Source: a virus
Virus record (IMG/VR): IMGVR_UViG_3300025127_006147
Location: 96,001-160,000 of that record
DNA: 64,000 bases
Reading direction: 5' to 3' (one strand)
Shown: piece by piece, positions 10,807 through 20,977 of the stretch
Numbering within the stretch: the first letter of the stretch is position 1
Layout: every line of letters starts with the position of its first letter
Position numbers and translations under genes: made by a program
The notes under the pieces: model-generated
What the model saw: the letters and a program-made list of their open reading frames with translations, nothing else
Told to the model about the DNA's origin: nothing
The model's database searches: none

Positions 10807-12480
10807 ATGGGATATATAACAAGTGCAACTACAGAGTATTTAGACCTCCATATGACGGAAAGAGGTAGAAAATTTCTTTTACAAGGAAGTTTAGCTGACC
10901 AAATAGTTAAATTTGCTTTAGGAGATACTGATAAAGACTACCGTAATTCCTTAAATTTATCATCTGGTTTTGTTCCAGATGTTACTGGTAATCATAATAA
11001 CTGTATTTTTGGTGTGAATGATGGTTATGATATTAGAAATAAAATAACTTATGTTGAAGGTGGCACCTCATTAAGTAACCAACAAATGTTATCTAAAATG
11101 ATGATTAGTTACACTGACCCAGATACTAACACACCTGTTTGGGGTAGTAGAGTTACGACCAATTTATATATACATGATTTATTAACGGCTTTTAGAGTCG
11201 CTGCTTTTTCCGAAATAGGTAGTCATTCATGGACAAATTTAACCAAAACAGATTTTACTGGTTATTTTGACACAATATATCAACCATCAGGTAAAGCCTG
11301 GTCTTTAAATATTGGTGGACTTTTTGACGCTATGGAAAATAAAGGGAGAGGTGTGGGATTAAAAATATCTGACAAATTTTTTACACAAGAAAAAAATTCA
11401 TACAACCCTTCTAATAACCAAATAAAATTAGTTGGTGAAACTGCAAGATTATTCCCTATATTTTTTGGTGGAGCTTATGTAACTTCAGAAAATCAAGAGG
11501 TAACTGAAAAAGGAGCGCAAAGAGGATTAAGAAGAAAAGCCACTACCATTTCATCTCCTTTTGCTTTAACTAATAATACTTTTAAAAATATTAAAAACCA
11601 AGCATTCGTAGGTTCAGGTGAAATGACATTAAGTTTAGGGTCTTACATGGATTATGGATATATGTTTGGACAACTTGTAGAAAATGTAAATAATTACCCG
11701 TCTTATGGTTTCTATAATGAGATAGGTGGTATGTATAATATATTTGATGTTCACAATCCTAGTTTTAATAGTAGGTTTGAACAAGGTAAAGGTGAGAGTT
11801 TAAAAACTTTAGTCCCTATGGGTAGAGCAATTTTACCATTTAATCCTACAAGTAACGCTTATTTCCCTTTACAAACCAATCAAATTAATAGTAATAATAC
11901 AACAAACTTTAAATCAGAGTCTGGAACAGCGGTAGGTAGAAATTTATCAGATAGTACTGCACCACTTAATACTTTAAGTAAGTTTTTATCTGGTACAGCT
12001 CTTTACACTATAAAGGACGAAGCGAGAACGTATGATAAAGTTTTTGTACCTAACACACCGTCTGGAAAATTAAGAGAACCTAAAACTGGTTTATCATTAT
12101 TAGTTGAACATATGATAAATTTCTTTGATGCTTTAACTGTTGACCCAGCTACAACTAATTTTATCACGACTACAGGAACTGGTTTAGAAAAAGAATATAA
12201 TTTACCTTTTACTTTTGAAATATGTAATAATGACAATTCACAAGTTTCCTCAGCAGTTCTAACTGTAAATGTTAACTTTAGTTTAAAAGCTTTATTTGAA
12301 AACTTTACATACTTAGAAGCTACAGCTGATTCACCTTTCCAAATATTAGTATGGGATGATAGTAAAAAAGAAAATAAATTCTTTGGAGCAGGTGCAGCAG
12401 CAGGAGATTATACCATAAACCCACTAGCGTCTACTACTCCAGGTGGTTACGCTATATTTAATAGTAGTTCAATAACATAA
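10807..12480 (+). CDS. Virion protein with a tail-collar-like N-terminal half
   Basis: LHMTERGRKFLLQGSLADQIVKFALGDTDKDYR is paralogous to the N-termini of 5175 and 7653. Confidence 0.55.
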   Translation: MGYITSATTEYLDLHMTERGRKFLLQGSLADQIVKFALGDTDKDYRNSLNLSSGFVPDVTGNHNNCIFGVNDGYDIRNKITYVEGGTSLSNQQMLSKMMISYTDPDTNTPVWGSRVTTNLYIHDLLTAFRVAAFSEIGSHSWTNLTKTDFTGYFDTIYQPSGKAWSLNIGGLFDAMENKGRGVGLKISDKFFTQEKNSYNPSNNQIKLVGETARLFPIFFGGAYVTSENQEVTEKGAQRGLRRKATTISSPFALTNNTFKNIKNQAFVGSGEMTLSLGSYMDYGYMFGQLVENVNNYPSYGFYNEIGGMYNIFDVHNPSFNSRFEQGKGESLKTLVPMGRAILPFNPTSNAYFPLQTNQINSNNTTNFKSESGTAVGRNLSDSTAPLNTLSKFLSGTALYTIKDEARTYDKVFVPNTPSGKLREPKTGLSLLVEHMINFFDALTVDPATTNFITTTGTGLEKEYNLPFTFEICNNDNSQVSSAVLTVNVNFSLKALFENFTYLEATADSPFQILVWDDSKKENKFFGAGAAAGDYTINPLASTTPGGYAIFNSSSIT

Positions 12481-12481
12481 A

Positions 12482-12976
12482 ATGGCAACAACTAAAACAA
12501 TAATAGATACTTTTATAAGTCAGTTTGGTAGTACACCAAACGGAGTTACTCCAGTACGGTACGGTGCAGGAACTAGTTATTCAGATAACTCTAACAGTAT
12601 AGATGGTAGAGTTTCGGGTAATAATAATAACACTACTGGTGAAGTAGAAGGTTCTAATTATGTTAGAACTTTATTTATATCAGTGGAAAACCAAACAGGA
12701 GATGAGGTAAATGGTGGTGTTAACTTAATTGCTTACACCCCCGCAGTAAAATATCAAAGTAACATTAACGGGATAACTGACCCTAGGTTATGTCTTAAAC
12801 TAGATTTTGAAGGAGCACAGTTTTTAACTTTGTCAAAAGATGGACAAACCTTAACACCATTAAGAAGAGGGGCAGCAGCCAATCAAACACCAACAGCTAG
12901 GTCTACTAGTAGTGGAACAATGAGTAGTGGGATGTCAGGTGGTGGTTCCGGTGGAAGTTCTGGAGGTGGGTATTAA
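12482..12976 (+). CDS. Hypothetical structural protein with a Gly/Ser-rich tail
   Basis: 164 aa, coupled to its neighbours, ends SSGMSGGGSGGSSGGGY. Confidence 0.5.
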   Translation: MATTKTIIDTFISQFGSTPNGVTPVRYGAGTSYSDNSNSIDGRVSGNNNNTTGEVEGSNYVRTLFISVENQTGDEVNGGVNLIAYTPAVKYQSNINGITDPRLCLKLDFEGAQFLTLSKDGQTLTPLRRGAAANQTPTARSTSSGTMSSGMSGGGSGGSSGGGY

Positions 12977-13003
12977 TATAAAATTATAAAAAAATAGATA
13001 AAA

Positions 13004-14098
13004 ATGGATTTTAAACCAGTATCAAGTAAAACAGTAGACAGTGAAATAGTACCATTTGGTACCTTGAATCCAAACTTTAATGGATATAATGAAGTATTGG
13101 GTAATAACTTAAAAATGACAGTAGCTCAGAGAAATCCTAATAATGGAAGACCTTTCTCTAATTTATACTCTTCATTTAATTTACCCGCAGCTAACTTTGT
13201 TGTTAATTCTTGGGACATAGAATGGAACTCTAACGCTTTGGAAAATATTGAGAATGATAATAATGTCGTAGTTATAGAAATACCTAAAAATACTTATGGT
13301 GAATTAATAGATGGTCGTACTATTAAATTAACATTACCATATATTACTGGTGGTACATTTGATTGTTATAGTTCATATTACCTATCTTACAACGCATCTA
13401 GTGACCCTAGTCAAGAAGCCGAGTATTTTGGACATACTTCCGCGTTAAATTTAGGTTATGCCAATCCAGATGTAGAAACACCTAGCACTAACGTAGCATT
13501 TTTATTCTCTGATAAATTTCGTGCACCAGCAGGAGGAGGAAGTTGGTCAGACGGTTATACTACATCATCCCCACCAGCAGGATATCCAGACGCAACTACG
13601 TTTTTTAGTTTTAGTCAAGATAAAAAGGTAGCTTTAAGTTCGTCAGGTGCTACGACGGGGTTAGACCAACCTATAGGGATATGTTATTTGGATAAAGGAT
13701 TTATAGTACTTACAGACTCAGCAGCTACTCAAAGTATTAACTGGTCTGCATCAACTGCGGGTACAGGTTACACGTACAGTGCATTAACCCAAGTTAGTTT
13801 TTCAACAGATTCTTCTGTTACTTTTTATAGTTTTGAAAAACAATGGGTTTTGAATGTATTGTGTGAAGCGGGACCTCAAGAATTCGGCGTTACAAAGAAT
13901 CCTACAGCTGCGGATTTAAATCCTACTGTTAATGCGGATGGTGAGTATGAATTATTTTCTGTTAACAAACCTGTTTACATTAGTGAAGTTGGGTTGTATG
14001 ATACTAATGGGGATATGTTAGCGATAGCTAAACCCGATAAACCAGTAGAAAAGTATTATAATAACCCAACCTACTTTAATTTGAAATTTAGATTTTAA
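13004..14098 (+). CDS. Virion protein with a tail-collar-like C-terminal half
   Basis: PVYISEVGLYDTNGDMLAIAKPDKP matches the C-terminus of 5175..7640. Confidence 0.55.
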   Translation: MDFKPVSSKTVDSEIVPFGTLNPNFNGYNEVLGNNLKMTVAQRNPNNGRPFSNLYSSFNLPAANFVVNSWDIEWNSNALENIENDNNVVVIEIPKNTYGELIDGRTIKLTLPYITGGTFDCYSSYYLSYNASSDPSQEAEYFGHTSALNLGYANPDVETPSTNVAFLFSDKFRAPAGGGSWSDGYTTSSPPAGYPDATTFFSFSQDKKVALSSSGATTGLDQPIGICYLDKGFIVLTDSAATQSINWSASTAGTGYTYSALTQVSFSTDSSVTFYSFEKQWVLNVLCEAGPQEFGVTKNPTAADLNPTVNADGEYELFSVNKPVYISEVGLYDTNGDMLAIAKPDKPVEKYYNNPTYFNLKFRF

Positions 14099-14692
14099 AT
14101 GGCATTAAAGAAAGAACCTAAAATTTTAGGATTAGATATCTCAACCAAGACAATAGGTTGGGCATTATTCGGAATTAATTCTAAAAATTTATTAGAGTTA
14201 ACTCATTTTTCACCTAGAGTTAGTCCTAGACCAGAAGATAAGATAGAAGAATTATTAAAAAAATCTGTAGCTTTTGAAGAAAGATTAAAGGAAGTTAAAG
14301 ATTATAATATTATTAAAGTAGTAATAGAAGAACCTCTACTTACGTCTAATAACATTTATACTGTAGGCTCACTCCTCAGATATAACTCTATGATAGTTAA
14401 AACAGTATATGATGTACTAGGTATTGTTCCCAATTTTATCTCCACATACAATTCTAGAAAATTTGCTCACCCAACGTTATACAATTATAATGATAAAGGT
14501 AAAAAGGTTTTATTCGGTGGTTACCCAAAAGGATGTGATAAAAAACACATTGTATGGGACCTAGTTAAAAAAGCTGAACCACAAATCACATGGCCTCATG
14601 CAAGAACAGGTAATCTCAAAAAAGAGTGTTATGATATGTCCGATGCGTATACTTGTGTTAAAGGATATATGACTCAAAACGAAATCTGGTAA
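14099..14692 (+). CDS. RuvC-like Holliday junction resolvase
   Basis: ILGLDISTKTIGWALF, VVIEEP and DMSDAY give the RNase H-fold catalytic D/E/D pattern. Confidence 0.8.
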   Translation: MALKKEPKILGLDISTKTIGWALFGINSKNLLELTHFSPRVSPRPEDKIEELLKKSVAFEERLKEVKDYNIIKVVIEEPLLTSNNIYTVGSLLRYNSMIVKTVYDVLGIVPNFISTYNSRKFAHPTLYNYNDKGKKVLFGGYPKGCDKKHIVWDLVKKAEPQITWPHARTGNLKKECYDMSDAYTCVKGYMTQNEIW

Positions 14693-14720
14693 TTGACATT
14701 TCATTTGTAAATGTTATATT
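14693..14720 (+). promoter_or_regulatory. Sigma70-like promoter TTGACA-N16-TATATT
   Basis: Perfect -35 element and a TG before the -10, in the 34-nt gap before the primase. Confidence 0.55.
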
Positions 14721-14726
14721 TAACAG

Positions 14727-15650
14727 ATGGAAGATTATAATCTCATATTAGAAATTTTAGAAGATATTTTAGGTGATTCTCATAGACATCATCCTGGAAA
14801 AGGACAAATCGCATTTGATTGTCCAGTCTGTTCCTATGATATAAAAGGATTAGATTGTGGGGACGGTAAAGGGAATCTGGAAGTAAATTATCAAATGGGA
14901 GTATATAAATGTTGGTCATGTGCTGAAACTCATTATACAAAAGGCAGATTAGGTAAATTAATTAAAAAATGGGGGACCCCTACACACCTAAGAGATTTTG
15001 AATTACTAAGTCCAGAAGATTTTCACTATAAAAACACCAAGTATAATAGTAGGTTAAAATTACCTGTAGGTTACTCCCAACTCACCGAAGTATCTCCACA
15101 TGATTTAAATGCTAAACAAGTTTGGAACTATCTGCGAAAAAGAAACATTAGTAAAGAAATTGTTGAAAAATATAAAATTGGATTTACTACAGAAGGAGAG
15201 TATAAATTTAGAATAATAGTACCCTCTTATAACACTAAAGACGAACTTCAGTTTTTTATAGCTAGAAGTTATGTTAATAGTAAATTAAAATATAAGAATC
15301 CTGAACAAGAAAAAAGTAACTTAATATTTAACGAAGGACATATTGATTGGAATAAAGACATTTATTTAGTAGAAGGTGTATTTGATATGTTTTTTGTTGA
15401 AAACAGTATACCTTTATTAGGTAAGGTAGTTTCAGACAATTTATGGCAAAGATTATATGAGGAGTCTAAAGCGAATATTATAATTTGTTTAGATGGTGAC
15501 GCATGGGACGATGCAGTAAGACTTTATGAAAAAATAAATGGAGGAAAACTAAGAGGTAGGATAAAGATAGTTAAACTACCAGATAATAGGGATATCGCTG
15601 ATTTAAAAGGTGAGATTGACCCTGAAAATATATTAGAATTACATAAATAA
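14727..15650 (+). CDS. DNA primase (Zn finger plus TOPRIM)
   Basis: CPVC...CWSC zinc finger; TOPRIM motifs LVEGVFD and LDGDA; no helicase domain. Confidence 0.85.
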   Translation: MEDYNLILEILEDILGDSHRHHPGKGQIAFDCPVCSYDIKGLDCGDGKGNLEVNYQMGVYKCWSCAETHYTKGRLGKLIKKWGTPTHLRDFELLSPEDFHYKNTKYNSRLKLPVGYSQLTEVSPHDLNAKQVWNYLRKRNISKEIVEKYKIGFTTEGEYKFRIIVPSYNTKDELQFFIARSYVNSKLKYKNPEQEKSNLIFNEGHIDWNKDIYLVEGVFDMFFVENSIPLLGKVVSDNLWQRLYEESKANIIICLDGDAWDDAVRLYEKINGGKLRGRIKIVKLPDNRDIADLKGEIDPENILELHK

Positions 15651-16426
15651 TGGATATAAGTGTAGAATTAAGTGTTTTCAATAACATAAAATATTTTGAC
15701 AAACCTCACAAATATTATATAGATGGTGAGGAGATGAATTCCGTTACACGAGTAATAGGAATGTTCAAACAAAAGTTTGATAGTGATTACTGGTCTGAAA
15801 AAAAGGCAAAAGAAAGAGGAATAAGTAAAGATGAAGTATTAGCTGAATGGAAATATAAAGCAGATTACTCTTGTGAAAAAGGTACTTTGTTTCATGAGTA
15901 CGCAGAAAATTATTTAAATAACAAAGTATTTCCATATGATAATACCCGCATTAAAAAATTATTGGGTGAGGGTGAGGAAGACGTTAAAAAAGATTTTGAT
16001 AAAATCAAAGATATGTTCCATAAGTTTTATGATGATTGTTATGGGAAACTTATACCCATTAAATCAGAGGTTATTGTAGGAGATGAAGGATTTAAAATAT
16101 GTGGAATGGTTGACCAGTTATTTTGGAATAATAAAGCGGATGAATTACAGATTTGGGATTGGAAAACTAATAAAGAGATTAAAAGAAATAATAGGTGGCA
16201 ACAATTTAAAGACCCAATATCACATTTAGATGTTTGTGAATTCAACACATACTCATTACAATTATCTTTATATAAATATTTGATAGAAAAAAATACTAAC
16301 TTAAAACTAGGGGATTCATATATTGTATGGTTTAATGAAAAGAATGAAACATACGAACCTATTAAGTGTAGAGATTATAGAGAAGAAGTTGTATCATTAA
16401 TAGAAGAATTTAATAAAACATTATGA
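15650..16426 (+). CDS. PD-(D/E)XK exonuclease
   Basis: KGTLFHEYAE, SEVIV, GMVDQLF, IWDWKT and YSLQLSLY (RecB/Cas4-like nuclease motifs). Confidence 0.8.
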   Translation: MDISVELSVFNNIKYFDKPHKYYIDGEEMNSVTRVIGMFKQKFDSDYWSEKKAKERGISKDEVLAEWKYKADYSCEKGTLFHEYAENYLNNKVFPYDNTRIKKLLGEGEEDVKKDFDKIKDMFHKFYDDCYGKLIPIKSEVIVGDEGFKICGMVDQLFWNNKADELQIWDWKTNKEIKRNNRWQQFKDPISHLDVCEFNTYSLQLSLYKYLIEKNTNLKLGDSYIVWFNEKNETYEPIKCRDYREEVVSLIEEFNKTL

Positions 16427-17205
16427 TTGAAAAAATAATACATTTTTCTGACCTACATATAAAACTATATAAAGACCACCAACAATATCAAGAAATACTC
16501 TCTAGATGTTTTAAAGAGTGGGCGGAGTTAAAACCAGATAGAATAGTTTTTACAGGTGACCTAGTACACTCTAAAAATCAAATGACACCAGAATTAATTA
16601 ATATGGTAACGTGGGTACTTTCTCAATGTAGTGTAATATGTCCCACAATAATTTTAATCGGTAATCATGATTTTCTTGAAAATAATTTAGATAGGGTAGA
16701 CGCTATTTCACCTATTATCAATACTATGGATAATCCAGATATCATGTATTTTAAGACTCCAGGGGTAGAAGAAGATGAAAATATAAATTGGATTATATAC
16801 TCCCTTATGGACCACAACAAAAGACCAGATTTTACTCCAGAACCAGATAAAACAAATATAGGTTTATTTCATGGACCCATACAAGGGTTAGTTACAGATA
16901 TGGGATTTGCTTTTGATGATGGTTACAACACTAATGAGTTTAGAGGGTGTGACTTAGTATTAGCTGGAGACATACATAAACATCAAATACTGGACATACC
17001 TAATGGTAAAAAAGCATATATGGTGGGGTCCTTAATCCAACAAAATTTTGGTGAAAATGTACGTAAACATGGTTACGGGATTTATAATGTCAAAGAAGAC
17101 GAGTACAAATTTGTTGAAGTAAGTAATTCATCACCATATTTAAATTTTAAAATAAAAGATATAACTGATATTGAAAATGGAAAAGAAAAACTCACCAACT
17201 TCTAG
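16423..17205 (+). CDS. SbcD/Mre11/gp47-like metallophosphoesterase
   Basis: SDLH, GDLVH, GNHD, FHG and GDIHKHQ calcineurin-like motifs. Confidence 0.88.
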   Translation: MIEKIIHFSDLHIKLYKDHQQYQEILSRCFKEWAELKPDRIVFTGDLVHSKNQMTPELINMVTWVLSQCSVICPTIILIGNHDFLENNLDRVDAISPIINTMDNPDIMYFKTPGVEEDENINWIIYSLMDHNKRPDFTPEPDKTNIGLFHGPIQGLVTDMGFAFDDGYNTNEFRGCDLVLAGDIHKHQILDIPNGKKAYMVGSLIQQNFGENVRKHGYGIYNVKEDEYKFVEVSNSSPYLNFKIKDITDIENGKEKLTNF

Positions 17206-17731
17206 TATTCCAAAAGACTTATTAAAAGAAATAGAAATGTTTTGTGACTTAAACAAAATAGATAACCCTAATCAGTTTTTACTTGGGTGTTTAAAAGGAG
17301 GTTTTGCGATTGAAAAATTTGGAAGGACACCCATAAAAGCAGGTAAAGAAATTGTAGAAAAAGAAGTAGAAAAAGAAGTTATTAAAGAGGTCGAAAAAAT
17401 AGTAGAAGTAGAGAAAGAAGTAATTAAAGAAGTACCAGTAGAAGTGGAAAAAATAGTAACTAAAACTGAATACATTACTGACGATACTGAAATTAATAAT
17501 CTTCTTACTAAGATAAATAAATTAGAAGAGGAATTAAAAGTAAAACCCAAGGAGGTTACAATAAAAGTAGAAGACAAAACGCAGATAAACACTTTACAAA
17601 ACGAAATAAAAACCTTAAAAAATAAAGTAGAAGAATACGAGGATGTATTAAATCATTTTAGACGATTTAGTGGTAGTAAAGCCACACATCTCAAATCTTC
17701 TAGATTAGACGATAACTTATATAAAGATTAA
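17171..17731 (+). CDS. Hypothetical coiled-coil protein with KEV(E/I)K repeats
   Basis: Repeated EKEVEKEVIKEVEKIVEVEKEVIKEVPVEVEK followed by a coiled coil. Confidence 0.55.
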   Translation: MKMEKKNSPTSSIPKDLLKEIEMFCDLNKIDNPNQFLLGCLKGGFAIEKFGRTPIKAGKEIVEKEVEKEVIKEVEKIVEVEKEVIKEVPVEVEKIVTKTEYITDDTEINNLLTKINKLEEELKVKPKEVTIKVEDKTQINTLQNEIKTLKNKVEEYEDVLNHFRRFSGSKATHLKSSRLDDNLYKD

Positions 17732-17735
17732 AAAA

Positions 17736-18053
17736 ATGGAATTATTAATTTGGCTATTAGCAGCTTACGGCATGTCCCAGATATTAGTATATGGGAGTAT
17801 TTTTGACACACCAAGAGAGTGGATAACTAAAAAATCTAAATTCTTTGGGGACTTACTAGGATGTATGATGTGTACCTCTACTTGGGTAGGGTTCTTTTTC
17901 TCCTTAGTACTTTGGTCACCTACACTACAGTTTGATTTATGTGTACCTTACACTAACATATTCTTTGATGGTATGTTGGCTAGTGGAGGTGTGTGGGCAA
18001 TCAATGCTATAGTAGAGTGGTTTGAACAAAATCGTCCAGAAAAAGAAGACTAG
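17736..18053 (+). CDS. DUF1360-like membrane protein
   Basis: Hydrophobic helices and the GDLLGCMMCTSTWVG (CxxC.S.W) motif. Confidence 0.55.
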   Translation: MELLIWLLAAYGMSQILVYGSIFDTPREWITKKSKFFGDLLGCMMCTSTWVGFFFSLVLWSPTLQFDLCVPYTNIFFDGMLASGGVWAINAIVEWFEQNRPEKED

Positions 18054-18057
18054 TATT

Positions 18058-20379
18058 ATGGTGAATAAAGAGGAATTAGTTAATCCTTTTATAAAGGTAA
18101 TATGGGAAGACACCCCAGAAAACTTTACGCAAGAAAAAATTAAAAGACTAAAGAGTTACTTTAAGAAAAAGTACAATTCTGATAGAGTTAATGTTCTTAC
18201 TAGGGTAACAGGTATAAATGCACCTAATAGTCCTCAGGAAGTCACAGAAAACGTCATAGATAAAGAATATCAAAAGAAGTTAGTAAAAGAATTCTTAAAA
18301 GAACAAGATGTCACTATAGATTGGGATAAATTTGTTAGATTAGATAATAGAGTAGAATCCAATATCCAAGAAGAAGATAATACAGCAAATAAAAAATGGT
18401 TTGTAAAGTGGATTGAATTTAGTAATTTTTTATCTTTCGGTGAAGATAATAAAATAGATTTTACTAGATATCCTGGTATTACAGCAATTGATTCTAACCC
18501 AGCTAATTTTGGAGGTAAAACCACACTTACAGTAGACCTGTTATTATTTTTATTTTTTAATGTCACAACTAAGTCATCAAAAGCTATAGAAGTCTTTAAT
18601 AGATTCACAGATAAAAATAGAGTTTTAGTTTGTGGAGAAGTAGAAATAGATGGTGACAGTTTTATTATTGAAAGAGGAGTTATTAGAAGACTTACAAAAA
18701 AAGGTGACTGGTCAGTAAGGACTGAATTAAATTTAAGTAAAAGATTAAGTGATGGGTCCCTACAAAACTTACAAGGAGAACAACGAAGAGAAACCGAAGA
18801 GTTTCTGAAAAACTCTATTGGGACTATGGATGACTTTCTACTCACTATTCTCACAACAGCAAACAACCTAGAAAATTTACTAGAAGCTAAACCTACCCAA
18901 AGAGGACAGATACTTACAAGATTCATTGGTTTAGAAAAATTAAAAAAGAAAGAAGAAAACTGTAAAGAAATTTATTCTGAGTGGAGTAAAAAAATTATAT
19001 CTAATCATTATAATATTAATGATTTAACTACAGACATTGATAATTTAAAAGAAGAGATTAAAGATTTAAAAAATGAGAATAAAAAATCTAGTGAAAAAAT
19101 AAAAACTCTAGATGAAAGAAACAAAGCTGGTGTTGAATATAAAGAGAAGTTAATATCTTCACAACACAACGATATAAATCCTGACCTAGTAAAAGTAAAT
19201 CCAGAAACTTTACAAGAAGAAATAGATAAAGTGGTAGAGGAGAGTAATAAATTACAAGATAAATTAAATTTAGTTAATCTGGTAAAACCTAAAGACACTT
19301 ATAATGAAGAAGAACACAAACTTTTAATTAAAGAAAATAAAACTTTAACTAGTAATGATTTAGAAATTAAATCGGATATAAAAAATATAACCAAATTAAT
19401 TAAAAATTTAGAAGAGGGTGAAATATGTTCTTTATGTAAACAACCTTTAAAAGATGTTGACCACACTCAAGAAATTAAGGATAATCAAGAAAAACTTAAA
19501 AAGTTTAATAATAACTTAATTAAGTTAACAGAGAAATTAGAAAATAGTGAAAAAGTTATTAGTGAACATGAAACGGTTAAAAATAGTTGGGAGGAGTATG
19601 ATAAAGAATCTTTAAAAAAGATAAAGGTAGAATTAGATATTAAAGAAAATCAGATAACCTTAAAAGAAAAAACTTTATTACTTAAAGATTGGGAAAGTAA
19701 CAAAAATAAATTAGAAGAAAATAGAGATATAGAAAAGAAATTGGTTTCTGCTAGAACTTTAATAGAAACTCTTGTAGCAGAAAGAGACCAGTTGAAAAGT
19801 CAAATAACTTCTAATACTTCCACTATAACACAGAAAGAAGAAGAGATAGTTGATAAGACCACTAAAATTAGTGAAATTAAAAAAGAAGAAGAGGTAGATA
19901 AGATATTTAAATCTTACCTAATTGCATATGGTAAAAACGGAATATCTAAATTAATTTTAAAGAACACCATACCATACCTCAACAGTGAACTAAATAGACT
20001 TCTTTCAGATAGTTGTGAATTTACCTTACAACTTAGAATTAATGATAGAAACGAATTAGAGTTTTGGATGGTAGATAATGGGACGGGTGTAGAAAAATTA
20101 ATGTCTACAGGTAGTGGATATGAAAAGACTATAGCTTCACTTGCATTACGTGCTGTATTATCTAAAGTATGTGCGTTACCTAAACCCAACATAGTTTGTT
20201 TTGATGAAGCTTTTGGTAAGGTGAGTGATGAGAACTTAGAATTGGTTGGTAGGTTCTTTACAAAGATTAAAGATTACTTTGAAAGAATATTTGTAATCTC
20301 TCATAATCCCCTGGTCAAAGAATGGTGTGACCAGACAATTACAGTAAAAAAAGACAATAACGTTTCTAAGATAATGTAA
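18058..20379 (+). CDS. SbcC/Rad50/gp46-like SMC ATPase
   Basis: Walker A NFGGKTT, zinc hook CSLC, signature STGSGYEK, Walker B VCFDEAFG, H-loop VISH and long coiled coils. ATG at 18058 avoids overlap with the upstream gene. Confidence 0.9.
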   Translation: MVNKEELVNPFIKVIWEDTPENFTQEKIKRLKSYFKKKYNSDRVNVLTRVTGINAPNSPQEVTENVIDKEYQKKLVKEFLKEQDVTIDWDKFVRLDNRVESNIQEEDNTANKKWFVKWIEFSNFLSFGEDNKIDFTRYPGITAIDSNPANFGGKTTLTVDLLLFLFFNVTTKSSKAIEVFNRFTDKNRVLVCGEVEIDGDSFIIERGVIRRLTKKGDWSVRTELNLSKRLSDGSLQNLQGEQRRETEEFLKNSIGTMDDFLLTILTTANNLENLLEAKPTQRGQILTRFIGLEKLKKKEENCKEIYSEWSKKIISNHYNINDLTTDIDNLKEEIKDLKNENKKSSEKIKTLDERNKAGVEYKEKLISSQHNDINPDLVKVNPETLQEEIDKVVEESNKLQDKLNLVNLVKPKDTYNEEEHKLLIKENKTLTSNDLEIKSDIKNITKLIKNLEEGEICSLCKQPLKDVDHTQEIKDNQEKLKKFNNNLIKLTEKLENSEKVISEHETVKNSWEEYDKESLKKIKVELDIKENQITLKEKTLLLKDWESNKNKLEENRDIEKKLVSARTLIETLVAERDQLKSQITSNTSTITQKEEEIVDKTTKISEIKKEEEVDKIFKSYLIAYGKNGISKLILKNTIPYLNSELNRLLSDSCEFTLQLRINDRNELEFWMVDNGTGVEKLMSTGSGYEKTIASLALRAVLSKVCALPKPNIVCFDEAFGKVSDENLELVGRFFTKIKDYFERIFVISHNPLVKEWCDQTITVKKDNNVSKIM

Positions 20380-20386
20380 AATTAAT

Positions 20387-20417
20387 TTTGTAGTTTCAAT
20401 AATATTCCTTATATTTG
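20387..20417 (+). promoter_or_regulatory. Bacteroidetes-type promoter TTTG-N19-TATATTTG
   Basis: Exact -33/-7 consensus upstream of 20438. Confidence 0.75.
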
Positions 20418-20437
20418 TAGTATACAAAAAGAGAAAT

Positions 20438-20977
20438 ATGAACATCATCGAAACCACCACAAGAAAAGATTATTACGGAAGAAACATTACAACAAAAAAA
20501 ATCAAAGATGGTTTTTTTAAAGACTCTAATGTTATTTCTACATCACAAAGTGATTTGGCAAAATCAGAAAAAAATGATTGTGTGGTAAGAGCATTCATGA
20601 TGGCTTTAGATTTACCATACGACAAAGCACATAAGTTTGTTGAAACTAAACTTAAACGTCAACCACGTAAAGGAACTTACACTCGTTGTTTCATTAAAAA
20701 CATTTTGGGGCGACAAAAGAATGGTTATAAAATGAGACTAATGGGTTTCCACCCTAAGTACCAACGAAAGGGAGAGAAAAAATTGGTTAACCCTAAGTAT
20801 AAGAAAGAAACTGGTTACACTGTAAAGTCATTTATGGAACAACACCCTACAGGACGTTACTTTATGATTGTCAGAGGACATGCGGTAGCGTTGGTAGATG
20901 GAGTTCTTTATGGGAATTCTTGTGAACAGTATGACGGATTTCGTCGACCAGTAAGATATGTTATTGAGTGTAAATAA
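20438..20977 (+). CDS. Conserved phage protein with a papain-like Cys/His pair
   Basis: EKNDCVVRA...GHAVALVDG; basic; lies behind a host-type promoter. Confidence 0.5.
   Translation: MNIIETTTRKDYYGRNITTKKIKDGFFKDSNVISTSQSDLAKSEKNDCVVRAFMMALDLPYDKAHKFVETKLKRQPRKGTYTRCFIKNILGRQKNGYKMRLMGFHPKYQRKGEKKLVNPKYKKETGYTVKSFMEQHPTGRYFMIVRGHAVALVDGVLYGNSCEQYDGFRRPVRYVIECK

Noticed and set aside
14099-14692. RuvC-like ORF as a TnpB/Cas12 or transposase
   Set aside because: Only 197 aa, with no Zn ribbon, flanking repeats or transposase; its position beside the primase fits a Holliday junction resolvase.
15650-16426. PD-(D/E)XK nuclease as Cas4
   Set aside because: It lacks the four-Cys Fe-S motif and there is no CRISPR context.
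17272-20460. Minus-strand ORFs antisense to the KEVEK gene and SbcC (17272, 18270, 19008, 19914, 20236)
   Set aside because: S/F/L-rich translations typical of the reverse strand of K/E-rich genes. The same reasoning applies to the other short antisense ORFs in the track.
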